A stretch of 64,000 nucleotides of DNA from Candidatus Caccovivens faecavium (GCA_018715545.1 DVLK01000098.1:9101-73100); one strand, 5' to 3'; shown: positions 1-10,218, counted from the first letter of the stretch. Program-made: numbers and translations. Notes: generated by a model from the letters alone, not told the origin.

Positions 1-2
1 CA

Positions 3-3000
3 GCTGATGAAACTCCTGACGATAATCAGCAGGATGAAAACTTAGTGATTAAAACAGAAACTGTAAGAGTACATATAAGTGTTATACCTATGACAATGGG
101 CTATTTCTCAATTAGTTATTATAATTATGGAACGCTAATGACGCAAGATGATATTGGGGCTGGTATTAGTGCTCCAATGGATATAGGAACAACCACTACT
201 ATAACCATGACAAGAGATAGAGAAGATGCGAGGGAGTTTTTAGGCTGGTACAATGCATCTACTGATGCTAGATTAACAACAAGTAGAACATATTCTTGGA
301 CAGTCAATACTAACTTAACTAATATAGAGGGGAGATATTACAGGCCACCTGCCGTTACTACTTACTACATAACCTATAATTCTAACTATCCATCGGGGAC
401 AAACAGTACAAGTTCTCAAAGCGTGAATTCTAACTCATCAGTTATAATAAGAGATGTTGATGATGTGGGATTTGGTTACACGGGTTACTTATTTAAAGGG
501 TGGAATACAAATTCAAGTGGAACGGGAACATCGTATTCACCTGGAACTAGATACTATGGTTCATCAGGTAGTAAGACTTTATATGCTATTTGGGAAAGGG
601 ATTCTGTAAATCCTGTTATATCACGCGTGACATATGCGCAAAATGATGGCAAAAGCTATTATGTTTATGCATATGCAACTGATGCTGACACAGGTATACA
701 GAGTGTACAATTTCCTACTTGGACGGAGTATGATTGGCAAGATGATATAATTTGGCATGATGGTGTTGCTGGAAATTGGTCAGTTGGTGGACAAACATAT
801 AACTATCGGTATTTAGTGCAAGCATCTGAGCATAATAATGAGTATGGAAAATACATAACTCATGTATACGCGTATGACTATGCTGGAAATAGTGTGGGAA
901 ATGGTGAAATGACCAATATTTATATTAATTTTAATGTTGTGGTTAATCCTAATGGTGGAAGCTATAATGGAACAACATCGAACACCACACTTTCAAATAA
1001 AAATGGAGGGGATGTTGTCAATCTTAATTTTACGCGCACGGGCTATGAGCTTACAGGAGCTTCTACAACGGCTGGTATAATAAGCAAATCTCTTTTGCCT
1101 TCTACCTCGCGAACTTTTAGTGGTTCAAATTATCTTGCTCTTGGCAGAACATATATGTACTCTGATAAAATCACATATGCCTTATATGCATATATGGACA
1201 ACTGGTCACAATATCAATCGGGTAATATGAGAATGATAAGTTGCACGCAAAGCGGAGGATTTAACATAGAGCCAAATGGTTCTACTGTTCGTTTTGCGGT
1301 CTATGACGGAGGTAAAGGAGGGTACAATTCCATAACCACTTCCGTTCAATGGTCAAGCTTAAGTGGTTGGGTGCATTTTGCAATGGTGTTTGATGGTGTA
1401 CACGCAACAGGGTATATAAACGGACAACAGGTTGGGCAGTCAGCAGAGTTCCAAGGTAATATCGGTTATCATAACAGCAATGGCATCTTCATAGGTGCTG
1501 AGGCTGGCACAAACACGACTAAACCGGCAGGAAACTATTTTAAGGGGCAAATAAGAAATGTCCATATCATTCATGATGTTGTCAAGCCAAGTGAATTGAT
1601 GAAGCTAGACTGTCCACTTGCTCTCATTTGCAGTGGCGCAGGAACAGTGACAGCACAATGGCAGGTAGGAACTTATAAAATAACCTATAATGCAAATGGT
1701 GGTACTTTAAGAAACTACAATGTCGGCATAAGGACAGCTAATTATAGTAATGGCAACAGTGCAGGATTGAATATTCAATACGATGCGACAACAAATATCA
1801 CAACTATTAACGGAACTATGACAGGGAACTCTGTTTTAATTAGAAATGATATAGAATTATCTGCTGGAACTTATACAGTTGGCTATGATGTGATTTCTGG
1901 TAGCATGACCGCTGGGACAGGCAATTTCACATTTGAAGTCTATAATTCATCAGGAAGTGCATTAAGTCCTAGGGCGTCAGTTGGTATTTGGGAAGCTCCT
2001 CTATATGCACAAACGACATTGACGCTATCTGAAACTCAGGCTTCAAATTCTGGTAGATTACAGATATGGTTATGGCGAAGCACGCAGGGTTATTCTTTCA
2101 ACAACTTAAAATTGCGATTTTACTTTTACCTTAATAGTCCTGCGATAAGCACTCAAAATGTAACATACGGGCAATCAGGAACGAGCATGGCATATGCTAC
2201 AAAAGATGGCTATTATTTCAATGGATGGAATACGCGTGCAGATGGAAGTGGGACATACTATGGACCTGGTAATATGGGGACTATAACATCAAATATAACT
2301 CTTTATGCCATCTGGACAGCGAGGAATCCAGTGCATTATGATAGCGCTGGTGGCTATTACTATTTTGAATGTGGCAAGATGCCACAGAGCAAGGTTAGCG
2401 GTTCACTTAAAACAACTTTACAATCGCAATGGAGCTCATTATCCAATGGTTCAATATATAATATATCTCTTGGAGATATAAGTAGTTTTCAAGCAAAGGT
2501 GTATAACGGAAATGAGTATTGTTTGTATAATAATGAATATTATCTAGTCGAGCCAATTAGATGGAGATTGCAAGGAAATTCAAATCAAAAATCTGGCTAT
2601 GGCACAACAACCGACACGCTGGCGATTATGGACACAATTGTGTATGTTGGCAGGTATTCGTCGGGCGCAATAAACGCGGGAGATGGTTATCAAACAAATG
2701 CAGCTTGGGCGTTAAGAACTAATCAGTTTGATTACACATTTGTAGCTGAATGGACGCAGTCAATGCCGACTTTTGGCACGACATCACTTTATGGCACACC
2801 TGAGAATTTTACAGCGAGTATATTTGTTTCTTCGGTTGACGAGATAAACACGGTTGCTGGCTCTGGTAAAGTGAAGTTTTCCGATTTAGTAAAAGATTAT
2901 CTAAAATCAACAGGTAATGGCATGCTATACTATACGCGTGATTTAGGAACGAACTATAACAATATCATCTGTCTAAACGGAAACGGTGACAGAACTCAAA

Positions 3001-3074
3001 GAAAACCTGACTTAAATGCCAACCGTTTGGGCGTACAGTTTACAATTAAAGTGACGGAATATGCGTGCGTGTAA
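3..3074 (+). CDS. Large secreted/cell-surface repeat protein, 5'-truncated by the window edge (Listeria-Bacteroides-type repeats, GBS Bsp-like repeat, LamG/concanavalin-like lectin domain, C-terminal DUF6273-like region)
   Basis: The frame is open from nt 3 (ADETPDDNQQDENL...). There is no RBS before the GTG at 45 used by the ORF track, so the gene probably starts upstream. Repeat signatures: GYLFKGWNTNSSGTGTSYSPG...LYAIW and GYYFNGWNTRADGSGTYYGPG...LYAIW. A Bsp-like block reads VQFPTWTEYDWQDDIIWHDG...HVYAYDYAGN. A LamG-like block reads WVHFAMVFDG...YINGQQVG...FKGQIRNVHI. No C-terminal sortase signal was seen. Confidence 0.6.
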   Translation, partial: ADETPDDNQQDENLVIKTETVRVHISVIPMTMGYFSISYYNYGTLMTQDDIGAGISAPMDIGTTTTITMTRDREDAREFLGWYNASTDARLTTSRTYSWTVNTNLTNIEGRYYRPPAVTTYYITYNSNYPSGTNSTSSQSVNSNSSVIIRDVDDVGFGYTGYLFKGWNTNSSGTGTSYSPGTRYYGSSGSKTLYAIWERDSVNPVISRVTYAQNDGKSYYVYAYATDADTGIQSVQFPTWTEYDWQDDIIWHDGVAGNWSVGGQTYNYRYLVQASEHNNEYGKYITHVYAYDYAGNSVGNGEMTNIYINFNVVVNPNGGSYNGTTSNTTLSNKNGGDVVNLNFTRTGYELTGASTTAGIISKSLLPSTSRTFSGSNYLALGRTYMYSDKITYALYAYMDNWSQYQSGNMRMISCTQSGGFNIEPNGSTVRFAVYDGGKGGYNSITTSVQWSSLSGWVHFAMVFDGVHATGYINGQQVGQSAEFQGNIGYHNSNGIFIGAEAGTNTTKPAGNYFKGQIRNVHIIHDVVKPSELMKLDCPLALICSGAGTVTAQWQVGTYKITYNANGGTLRNYNVGIRTANYSNGNSAGLNIQYDATTNITTINGTMTGNSVLIRNDIELSAGTYTVGYDVISGSMTAGTGNFTFEVYNSSGSALSPRASVGIWEAPLYAQTTLTLSETQASNSGRLQIWLWRSTQGYSFNNLKLRFYFYLNSPAISTQNVTYGQSGTSMAYATKDGYYFNGWNTRADGSGTYYGPGNMGTITSNITLYAIWTARNPVHYDSAGGYYYFECGKMPQSKVSGSLKTTLQSQWSSLSNGSIYNISLGDISSFQAKVYNGNEYCLYNNEYYLVEPIRWRLQGNSNQKSGYGTTTDTLAIMDTIVYVGRYSSGAINAGDGYQTNAAWALRTNQFDYTFVAEWTQSMPTFGTTSLYGTPENFTASIFVSSVDEINTVAGSGKVKFSDLVKDYLKSTGNGMLYYTRDLGTNYNNIICLNGNGDRTQRKPDLNANRLGVQFTIKVTEYACV

Positions 3075-3091
3075 AGACAATATATTTCTAC

Positions 3092-3133
3092 CATATATAG
3101 AGTAGTGCGCAACACATAATACACTATATATAG
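3092..3133. repeat. Copy 1 of a small palindromic post-stop element (core CATAATACACTATATAT)
   Basis: The 17-nt core at 3115-3131 is identical to 44402-44418 and matches 56626-56641 at 15 of 16 positions (A-to-G at the tenth base). It has a partly complementary left arm (tatatagagtagtg). Confidence 0.4.
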
Positions 3134-3281
3134 TTTTGTACTATAATTAATGATAAAATAAAAATTTATTTGAACAATGGTAAGTTCTTTTTAAATCATA
3201 AAATACCAAAAATATAATGATAGTATTATTAATATTCTTTTTTGTGTTTTTTGAGCTATTTAATCATTTTTATAAATTTAC

Positions 3282-3310
3282 TTGACAAATAACAGAAAAA
3301 TTTGTATTAT
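3282..3310 (+). promoter_or_regulatory. Sigma-A-type promoter of the SRP RNA gene
   Basis: TTGACA (3282-3287), 17 nt spacer, TATTAT (3305-3310). Confidence 0.7.
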
Positions 3311-3314
3311 ATTC

Positions 3315-3590
3315 ATGCTGAGATAGATGGGGAGTTAGCGGTGCCCTGTAACCTGCAATCCGCTATAGCAGGATTGAACGCTTGCTTAGGAGTAATTTGG
3401 TTGAAGATGTGCGTAGGATAGGGGCGTTGAAATCAAGGTCTTATGCAATTGGTAACTCTGAACCATGTCAGGTCCTGACGGAAGCATCATTAAGGAGATC
3501 TATCGATGTGCCATAAGGTAGCTTTGGTGGAGTTTTTGTTCTACGAAACAGTCAGTCTTATTATTTCGAAGCATTCTCTCAGCCATCATC
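3315..3590 (+). ncRNA. ffs: Signal recognition particle RNA, large Bacillus type with Alu domain (scRNA/4.5S homologue)
   Basis: Conserved S-domain string GTCAGGTCCTGACGGAAGCA (~3466-3486). 5'-domain string CTGTAACCTGCAATCCGCTATAGCAGGATTGAAC as in Bacillus scRNA. 5' GCTGAGA (3317-3323) pairs with 3' TCTCAGC (3577-3583). Promoter upstream and terminator downstream. Ends are approximate. Confidence 0.9.
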
Positions 3591-3619
3591 AAAACAAGGT
3601 TAAAGCCTTGTTTTTTTGT
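3591..3619 (+). terminator. Intrinsic terminator after SRP RNA
   Basis: Stem AACAAGGT/GCCTTGTT with loop TAAA, followed by a T-run. Confidence 0.8.
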
Positions 3620-3730
3620 TTTAATCGCTTGTTTTATTTGAAGATAGTCATCAATGTCATTTTCTAAAAATATAGTTATACAGTAGTTAAAATTTGGTGC
3701 TTTAAAAAGTAATTTTATGCAAGGACAAAG

Positions 3731-3780
3731 AAAAATCACACCAAGTCATCTTTAAAGGTAGATTTTGTGGTGTGATTTTT
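3731..3780. terminator. Bidirectional hairpin downstream of the minus-strand ytxH-like gene
   Basis: A perfect 13-nt inverted repeat AAAAATCACACCA / TGGTGTGATTTTT with a 24-nt loop. There are A/T runs on both sides. Confidence 0.5.
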
Positions 3781-3837
3781 TCTATGATGCCGAATGGTGA
3801 TTGTTTGCGTATTATGTAAGAGCATGAATTTGTGCGC

Positions 3838-4029
3838 TTACATCTTTTTCATTTCTTTTTTTATCTTTTCAATCTTTGGTTCGACCTTTTCTTTCATCTC
3901 GTTAATCTCTTTCTTTACCGCTTTTTCACCTTTATTGACCATAGATTTTGCGTCTTGCGAATGTTTGTAAAGAAGAGCGCCCGTTATCATGCCTGCACCA
4001 AAGCCTAGAAGTGTCATCAATTCTTTCAT
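3838..4029 (-). CDS. Small YtxH-like membrane-anchored protein (Gly-rich N-terminal helix plus Lys/Glu-rich tail)
   Basis: 63-aa ORF with strong RBS GGGAGGAAAATATG on the minus strand. N-terminal LLGFGAGMITGALLY is followed by a charged helix. Confidence 0.6.
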   Translation of the reverse strand: MKELMTLLGFGAGMITGALLYKHSQDAKSMVNKGEKAVKKEINEMKEKVEPKIEKIKKEMKKM

Positions 4030-4261
4030 ATTTTCCTCCCTATTTGTAGTATCAGCAAAAAAACGACAAAATATGCATAAAAAATGAAGAAAAGCCGTTG
4101 GCTTTCAAGTGAAAAAATCTTTGACTTTAAAGCAAAGAGAGGGCAGTGCTTTCCAGTGGAGCGGTGGAATTATAGAGTGCTTTTCTTTTTCGACAAAATA
4201 AGAAAATATTAGCTAAGTTAAAAAATTGTGCGCGCTCATATAGTGCTTTAAGGGGTGGACT

Positions 4262-5164
4262 ATGTTAAGCAAAATTCTTCCAGAAAAGATTGCACATATT
4301 GTTAACACAAAAATCAACTTAAAAAGCGTGAACGAGATTAGATTTCGTGCGGACAAGCCTATCATTGTGGCGGTGGGTGGGAAAAACTATTTTTTAAGCG
4401 AAAACGGGCTAACTTCATCGCTAAAAGACGCGTTATATTCATCTAAGATTGTCATTGAGGACATCATTTTTCGTGCAAGCGAGTGTTCAATATATTCTGT
4501 CAATGAGCAGATTAAAAAGGGGTATATTGTCACTGAAAATGGGCTAAGGATTGGTATTGGCGGAAATGTTGTGGAAGAAAACGGACAAGTTAAGACAATG
4601 ACAAATTTTAACAGCCTGAACATTCGTATTCCGCACGCCATTAAAAACTGCTCACTCTCATATTTTCCATATATCGTGCATGATAACACCATTGAAAACA
4701 CCCTTGTTATTTCTCCGCCAGGGTGCGGAAAGACCACTTTTTTACGCGATTTTGTGGCACAGTTAAGCGAACGAAATTTAACTTACAATGTGCTACTTCT
4801 CGATGAGCGTGGGGAACTGGACACTGAACTTAATGCCAACTTTTATGATAAAATCGCCTTTTCAAGTAAGAAAATGGGCTTTGAGAATGGGATTAGGTCG
4901 CTTTCGCCAGACCTCATAGTAACCGATGAAGTCGGGCAGGAAGAGGACATAGATGCTATTTTATACGCTTCGACCTGCGGGGTGAAGATACTTGCTTCCA
5001 CTCACGCTGATAGTATGGAAACCTTTATCAAAAAGGCACTTTTTCAAAAGTTAATCAAAGAAAAGGTGTTTAAAAGGTATGTGCTACTCTCCAAACGAAA
5101 TGGCCCTGGAACGAATGAAGGAATATATAACGAGAATTTTTCGCGGTTGTCATCTAGTTTTTGA
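4262..5164 (+). CDS. spoIIIAA: Stage III sporulation protein AA (ATPase)
   Basis: Walker A motif SPPGCGKTT and Walker B-like LIVTDE. It is the first gene of an 8-gene spoIIIA-ordered cluster. Confidence 0.9.
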   Translation: MLSKILPEKIAHIVNTKINLKSVNEIRFRADKPIIVAVGGKNYFLSENGLTSSLKDALYSSKIVIEDIIFRASECSIYSVNEQIKKGYIVTENGLRIGIGGNVVEENGQVKTMTNFNSLNIRIPHAIKNCSLSYFPYIVHDNTIENTLVISPPGCGKTTFLRDFVAQLSERNLTYNVLLLDERGELDTELNANFYDKIAFSSKKMGFENGIRSLSPDLIVTDEVGQEEDIDAILYASTCGVKILASTHADSMETFIKKALFQKLIKEKVFKRYVLLSKRNGPGTNEGIYNENFSRLSSSF

Positions 5165-5238
5165 TAAGTCTATTTTAGTTTAGTTATTGGCTTTAATTCT
5201 ATGAAAAGTTATTTATGTGCTTAAAAGGGGAGAAAGGA

Positions 5239-5733
5239 ATGAAATATGTCATCATTGCAGTTTTATTTGTGATTTGCCTTGTTGTTGGTTACACATTTTT
5301 TAGTAAGTATGATAAGCGGAAAAAGTTTTTTACTTCTCTTATCATGTTGGCGGAGAAACTTACAGTGGAAATCAATTTTTCGCGCGAGAGGCTTAAAGTT
5401 TTAATTGAAAATTTTGACAAAAATACAAAACAGAATTTGCTAGGCATAGATGAGGGCTTCATTTCTTATCTTGACAAAAAAACGGAATTAAACGAGAAAG
5501 AGATTTTTAAAAAGGCGGATGTTTTAAAGAAGAACGAAAAGGATTTTATTTTGCTATTTTTAAAGACGCTAGGGCGAAGTGATGTAGAAAACCAGACGAA
5601 GGAGATTGCAAGTTTCAACAAGCGTTTTCAAGAGATGAAGGCGTCAAGCGATTTGGAGTATAAAAAGTACGGCACGCTTTCACTTAAATTAAGTTTAATT
5701 GCAGGGCTATTTTTTGTGATTGTGCTTATTTAA
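5239..5733 (+). CDS. spoIIIAB: Stage III sporulation protein AB
   Basis: Position in the operon, with N- and C-terminal TM helices. I prefer the ATG at 5239 (RBS AAAGGGGAGAAAGG) over the ORF-track start at 5215. Confidence 0.8.
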   Translation: MKYVIIAVLFVICLVVGYTFFSKYDKRKKFFTSLIMLAEKLTVEINFSRERLKVLIENFDKNTKQNLLGIDEGFISYLDKKTELNEKEIFKKADVLKKNEKDFILLFLKTLGRSDVENQTKEIASFNKRFQEMKASSDLEYKKYGTLSLKLSLIAGLFFVIVLI

Positions 5734-5946
5734 CTGACTTTTCATGCTATGCACAAGTTTTGTAGCATTTACCATTTAACAAAAAACATTAGGCATTTAT
5801 TGTTTGTCATATAGCAAAGTAAAATTAGTCGCTATCTATCGCTGAACAAAACCATATTTGCTATTTAACACTGTTTGATTAAATTATAAAAACATGTTTA
5901 TTACGATTTTAACCTAAGTTGGAGATTTAGATAAAAAGGAAGATTT

Positions 5947-6141
5947 ATGGAGGTTGAAATAATTTTTAAAATTGCGGCAATCGGAATACTCACTGCTGTT
6001 GTCAGCCAAATTCTCAAAAACAGCGGTAAAGAGGACATTTCCACTCTTGCCACGCTTGCAGGAGTAGTTATTGTGCTTATTATGGTTATTAACCTAATTG
6101 CCGACCTGTTTGACACGATTAGAACGATTTTTAATTTCTGA
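5947..6141 (+). CDS. spoIIIAC: Stage III sporulation protein AC
   Basis: 64-aa two-TM protein (ILKNSGKEDIS...), with the typical SpoIIIAC size and position. Confidence 0.85.
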   Translation: MEVEIIFKIAAIGILTAVVSQILKNSGKEDISTLATLAGVVIVLIMVINLIADLFDTIRTIFNF

Positions 6142-6154
6142 AAGGAGGGCGAAT

Positions 6155-6547
6155 ATGGATTCTCTTTATAAGATTATTGGCATTGCACTTATAACCTGCA
6201 TTGCCACGCTTATCGTTAAGCCTGTTCGCCCTGATTTTGCCATCTTCATCTCTATTGTCGGCGGAGTGATAATTCTCTTTATGCTGGCAGGGTATTTAAC
6301 AGATATATTTGATGTTTTTAATCAAATTTTTAATTTCACAAATGTCAATTCTTCTCTCTATAAAATCATCTTCAAAATCATTGGCGTTGGTTATCTTGTG
6401 GAGTTCACCGCAAGTCTATGCTCAGACACAGGCAACAACAGCCTTGGCGATAAGGTGTTACTCGGCGGAAAGATAATAATACTCGTTATGGCACTTCCGA
6501 TTATCACAAGTATACTTGAAATTGTTATGGAGTTACTGCCGACATGA
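6155..6547 (+). CDS. spoIIIAD: Stage III sporulation protein AD
   Basis: Polytopic small membrane protein. The ATG at 6155 is preceded by GAAAGGAGGG. The ORF-track start at 6098 overlaps spoIIIAC and lacks an RBS. Confidence 0.85.
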   Translation: MDSLYKIIGIALITCIATLIVKPVRPDFAIFISIVGGVIILFMLAGYLTDIFDVFNQIFNFTNVNSSLYKIIFKIIGVGYLVEFTASLCSDTGNNSLGDKVLLGGKIIILVMALPIITSILEIVMELLPT

Positions 6548-7779
6548 AGAAAGATAAGAAATTATTGCGTAAAAAACGAAGGATCTTCATTATTGTTTTC
6601 ATCATCTTCATAGCTTCCTTCTTTGGCAGTTTCACGATTGATGGGTATGTTTTAAACACTCCTTTTGTTATGGCAGAAAGCGAAGAAGAAAGCTTAGAAG
6701 AGGAGTTAGAGATTGAGATTGGTGAGCAACTTGATGACCTTGATTTTTCCGATTTAGAAATATATATTAATAACCTTGAAAGCTCTGTTAAAGATATGTT
6801 CTCAGGTGGCTTTGTAAGCAAGGTGGAAAGTTTAATTAATGGCGAATATATCACTGGTGACAGTTTCCTTAGTTCTGTTTTCTCTCTTCTCTGGGATGGA
6901 CTACTTGATTTTCTACCGATAATTGCAAGCATAATTGCGATTTCCATACTAGGTGGAATGGTGGGTAACTTAAAGCCAAATACAGGCGGAAAGTCGATTG
7001 GAAACATTGTCCACTTTGTGACTTATGGTGTCGTCATCGTCTTTCTGGGGGCAACGCTTGTAGAACTTATCGCTTTGACAAGTAAGACATTGACAAGTCT
7101 AAAAAGTCTTATGGATATGATTTTCCCAGTGCTTTTAACCCTTCTCACTGCGGTTGGCGGAAGTGTGTCGGTAGGGCTATATCAGCCTGCGATAGCGCTC
7201 CTTGGCAATATCTTCATCTCTCTTATCACTTATTTTCTTATGCCATTATTTATCTTTTCAATAGTGTTCTCCATTGTCGGAAATCTCTCAAATAATGTGA
7301 AACTAGATAAGTTTGTAGCTTTTCTTCAAGGCACTTTCAAGTGGTCGATTGGTTTACTTTTCACTCTCTTTTTAGGTTTTATCACTATTCAGGGCATATC
7401 AGCAAGTGCTGTCGATGGACTTTCAATTAGAACGGCAAAATACACCATTAAAAGCTATGTTCCGATTGTAGGTGGTTATGTCAGTGACGGACTATCAATC
7501 ATCATGGCGTCAAGTATGCTGATTAAAAACGCGGTGGGAACGGCTGGGCTTCTTTTAATACTATTTAGCGTGATTTCGCCAGTTATAAGCTTGATACTCT
7601 TCATGCTTTCATTGCGCTTTATGGCAGGCATAATCGAACCGATAGGCGATAAAAAGACGGCGAATTTCGTTTCAGATATATCAAAGAGTATGAGTATGCT
7701 CATCGCACTAATTGTGGCAGTTTCCTTCATGTATATGGTGATGACAGGGCTTATAATGTGCAGTTGTAATTTGATTTGA
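6544..7779 (+). CDS. spoIIIAE: Stage III sporulation protein AE
   Basis: 411-aa polytopic membrane protein with an acidic N-terminal region. Position in the operon fits, and its start overlaps the spoIIIAD stop. Confidence 0.85.
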   Translation: MKKDKKLLRKKRRIFIIVFIIFIASFFGSFTIDGYVLNTPFVMAESEEESLEEELEIEIGEQLDDLDFSDLEIYINNLESSVKDMFSGGFVSKVESLINGEYITGDSFLSSVFSLLWDGLLDFLPIIASIIAISILGGMVGNLKPNTGGKSIGNIVHFVTYGVVIVFLGATLVELIALTSKTLTSLKSLMDMIFPVLLTLLTAVGGSVSVGLYQPAIALLGNIFISLITYFLMPLFIFSIVFSIVGNLSNNVKLDKFVAFLQGTFKWSIGLLFTLFLGFITIQGISASAVDGLSIRTAKYTIKSYVPIVGGYVSDGLSIIMASSMLIKNAVGTAGLLLILFSVISPVISLILFMLSLRFMAGIIEPIGDKKTANFVSDISKSMSMLIALIVAVSFMYMVMTGLIMCSCNLI

Positions 7780-7864
7780 AATATCGCTTGAATAAAAAAT
7801 GTTTTGCAAAAAGAGATATAAGTTGCAAGACTTCTCTTAACTTTTCACCTTTTAAGGAGTTTTT

Positions 7865-8368
7865 ATGAGCGGAATATCTGCGTGGTTATTATCTATCACT
7901 GGTGTAGTTCTATTATCTGTGCTTTGTGAGTTTATTTTGCCAGAAGGGCAGATTAATAGGTATGCGCGTGTAATTTTTTCCTTTGTCACGCTTTTTGTTA
8001 TCATCTCTCCGCTTCCCTCACTATTAAAAAAAGAAATCGACTTTTCCTTTCCAAATTATGACTACACGCTTCAAGAGGACTACCTATATGAGATAAACTT
8101 AAATAAACTAGATGCCATTCAAACTGACTTGCAAGAAGAGATTGAGGAAGCGGGAATATATAATATCAGAATTTCAATAAGTGCCAACGCTTATAGCGAA
8201 AATTTAGAGATTTACTCTATATATGTCGAACTTTGCGATATTTCATTTTCTGCTGATTTTGAAAATAAAAATAAAAGTGAGGCAAAGCGTGTGATAGAAG
8301 AGATTATTTCCTATATGCCAGCACTCAAAGATGTTCCAATTTCTTATGATGACACAAAGATTTTGTAA
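7865..8368 (+). CDS. spoIIIAF: Stage III sporulation protein AF
   Basis: Two N-terminal TM helices plus a soluble domain. Order in the operon fits. Confidence 0.8.
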   Translation: MSGISAWLLSITGVVLLSVLCEFILPEGQINRYARVIFSFVTLFVIISPLPSLLKKEIDFSFPNYDYTLQEDYLYEINLNKLDAIQTDLQEEIEEAGIYNIRISISANAYSENLEIYSIYVELCDISFSADFENKNKSEAKRVIEEIISYMPALKDVPISYDDTKIL

Positions 8369-8416
8369 AAAATGTGAATATAGGCAAACATCAGGGCTTA
8401 ATAAAAAGGAGTAGAT

Positions 8417-8932
8417 ATGGACAAACTTAAAGATTTCATTAAAAAGATAAAAGGTGTTAAGCACATAGAAATATATCTTGCAGTCATCGTTGGGCTTATA
8501 GTTATAATTTGTTACTTTCTCTTCGTTACAAAGCCTGAGGACAAAAAAGAAGAAAATTCGACAGAAAATTATTCTAATGCACAGGAATATGCGGACTACT
8601 TAGAGAATAAATTATGTAATGTATTGTCCGATATTACAGGCGTTGGCGATGTCAGTGCAATTATAACTCTTGACGGTGGATTTACTTACGAATATGCGGT
8701 GGATAGCGAAACCAACACAACAACCTCTGGCTCGTCAGAAACATCTGTCACTGTGGACACGACAATATTAGTAAACGGAGAACCTGTTGTTGTCAAAGTA
8801 ATTTATCCTGAAATAAAGGGGGTGGTGATTGTTGCCGATGGAAGCGAAAATTTTGCAATTAAGATGAACATTATGGAAGCGGTTCAAACACTTCTTGGTG
8901 TAGAAGCTAGTAGTATGACAATATTATCGTAA
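8417..8932 (+). CDS. spoIIIAG: Stage III sporulation protein AG
   Basis: Single TM helix and a C-terminal ring-building motif region (IKGVVIVADGSEN...). Order in the operon fits. Confidence 0.85.
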   Translation: MDKLKDFIKKIKGVKHIEIYLAVIVGLIVIICYFLFVTKPEDKKEENSTENYSNAQEYADYLENKLCNVLSDITGVGDVSAIITLDGGFTYEYAVDSETNTTTSGSSETSVTVDTTILVNGEPVVVKVIYPEIKGVVIVADGSENFAIKMNIMEAVQTLLGVEASSMTILS

Positions 8933-8955
8933 AAAGATTTTAAAAGGAGAATACA

Positions 8956-9420
8956 ATGAAAAAAAGAACGAAGATAATCATTCTTTCACTAATGATAGTC
9001 CTTCTAGGAGTGACAGGTTATTTAAATATTGTTTTAAACAATAATGTAAGTCCAACTACGACCACAACTACAACATCCTACTTTGTTTCATATAGAAATG
9101 ATAGAGAAACTTCACGCGACCAACAGATGTTATACTATGACGCTATTATCGACAGTGAAACATCTAGCGCGGAAGCTAAGACAAATGCCGAAAATGCAAA
9201 ACTTGCACTTATTGCTTCCATGGAAAAGGAACTTGACACTGAAAACTTAGTTAAGGCTTGCGGTTTTTCTGATTGCGTTATCTCCATAACCGATCCTAAT
9301 GTTAATGTAGTTGTTGAATGTGCTTCTATTACAGACGATGAAAATATCATAATAACTAACACTGTTTCTGAGGCATTAGGTATAGAACCAAGATATATTG
9401 TAATAATTCCTGTTGAATAG
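8956..9420 (+). CDS. spoIIIAH: Stage III sporulation protein AH
   Basis: N-terminal TM helix and a YscJ/FliF-like C-terminal region. It is the last gene of the cluster. Confidence 0.8.
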   Translation: MKKRTKIIILSLMIVLLGVTGYLNIVLNNNVSPTTTTTTTSYFVSYRNDRETSRDQQMLYYDAIIDSETSSAEAKTNAENAKLALIASMEKELDTENLVKACGFSDCVISITDPNVNVVVECASITDDENIIITNTVSEALGIEPRYIVIIPVE

Positions 9421-9472
9421 TTTGCTTTTTATAAAAATATGTGCTAAAATGATGCTGTAAAAGGGAGTTTTT

Positions 9473-9844
9473 ATGGCAGTAAAGTCTGAGGACAATAAAA
9501 ATAAGGGTAAAATAACCTTAGATAGAAATATACTTGTGTCTATCATCAACCTTGCAACTAAGGAGATAAACGGCGTTGAAAGCGTATGTAATAAGCATCG
9601 TCCGCTTTATAAGAGAATGTTCAACCGTTACGATGACGGAGTGGAGGTAAAGTTCGAAAAGAATGGCGCATTGACCATTGATGTGTATATAAATATATAC
9701 ATTGGCTTCAATGTGCCTGACATTGCCTTCCGCGTGCAAGAGAACATCCGTAATTCACTTGCAACCATGGTGGCATTAAAGCCAATGAAGATAAATGTTC
9801 ACATCGTAGATGTAGAGTGCGATAGAGAGGCTTCCGATGCGTAG
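9473..9844 (+). CDS. Asp23/Gls24-family alkaline-shock protein (yqhY-like)
   Basis: Family-typical start (ITLDRNILVSIINLATKEINGV). Its position before nusB matches Bacillus yqhY. Confidence 0.85.
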   Translation: MAVKSEDNKNKGKITLDRNILVSIINLATKEINGVESVCNKHRPLYKRMFNRYDDGVEVKFEKNGALTIDVYINIYIGFNVPDIAFRVQENIRNSLATMVALKPMKINVHIVDVECDREASDA

Positions 9845-10217
9845 AGATGCAAGAGAGGGTGCGTTTAAACTCATCTTTGAAACGCTATTTAAGGATGCGG
9901 AAGAGGAAACGCTTAACGAAGTCATTAGCCCACTTAAAAAGGAAGCGGACATAACCTTTTGTGAAGACATATTTAACGCTTATAAAGAACATAGAGAGGA
10001 GCTAGAAAAAGAGGTATCAACGCATCTTCAAAATTACGATGTTTCGCGCGTTTATCGCATTGACCTTGCACTTATTTATCTTGCGCTTACGGAAATAAAA
10101 TATCTTTCCACTCCAAAAGCTGTGGCAATCAACGAGGCGATTGAAATTTCAAAAAAATATTCGACCATCGACAGCAAAAGATTTATAAATGGAATACTTT
10201 CAGCGATAATAGGTTAG
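9837..10217 (+). CDS. nusB: Transcription antitermination factor NusB
   Basis: N-terminal RRDAREGAFKLIFE and C-terminal FINGILSAI motifs. Confidence 0.9.
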   Translation: MRRDAREGAFKLIFETLFKDAEEETLNEVISPLKKEADITFCEDIFNAYKEHREELEKEVSTHLQNYDVSRVYRIDLALIYLALTEIKYLSTPKAVAINEAIEISKKYSTIDSKRFINGILSAIIG

Positions 10218-10218
10218 T

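Noticed and set aside
3500-3739. 79-aa minus-strand ORF overlapping the 3' part of the SRP RNA and its terminator
   Set aside because: It has no RBS, lies antisense to a well-supported ncRNA plus terminator, and has a low-complexity hydrophobic translation.
4200-4261. Sigma-E-type promoter for spoIIIA (CATATAGT at 4237-4244)
   Set aside because: There is no ATAtt-like -35 at the right spacing, and a start site from this -10 would fall inside the RBS. The evidence is insufficient.
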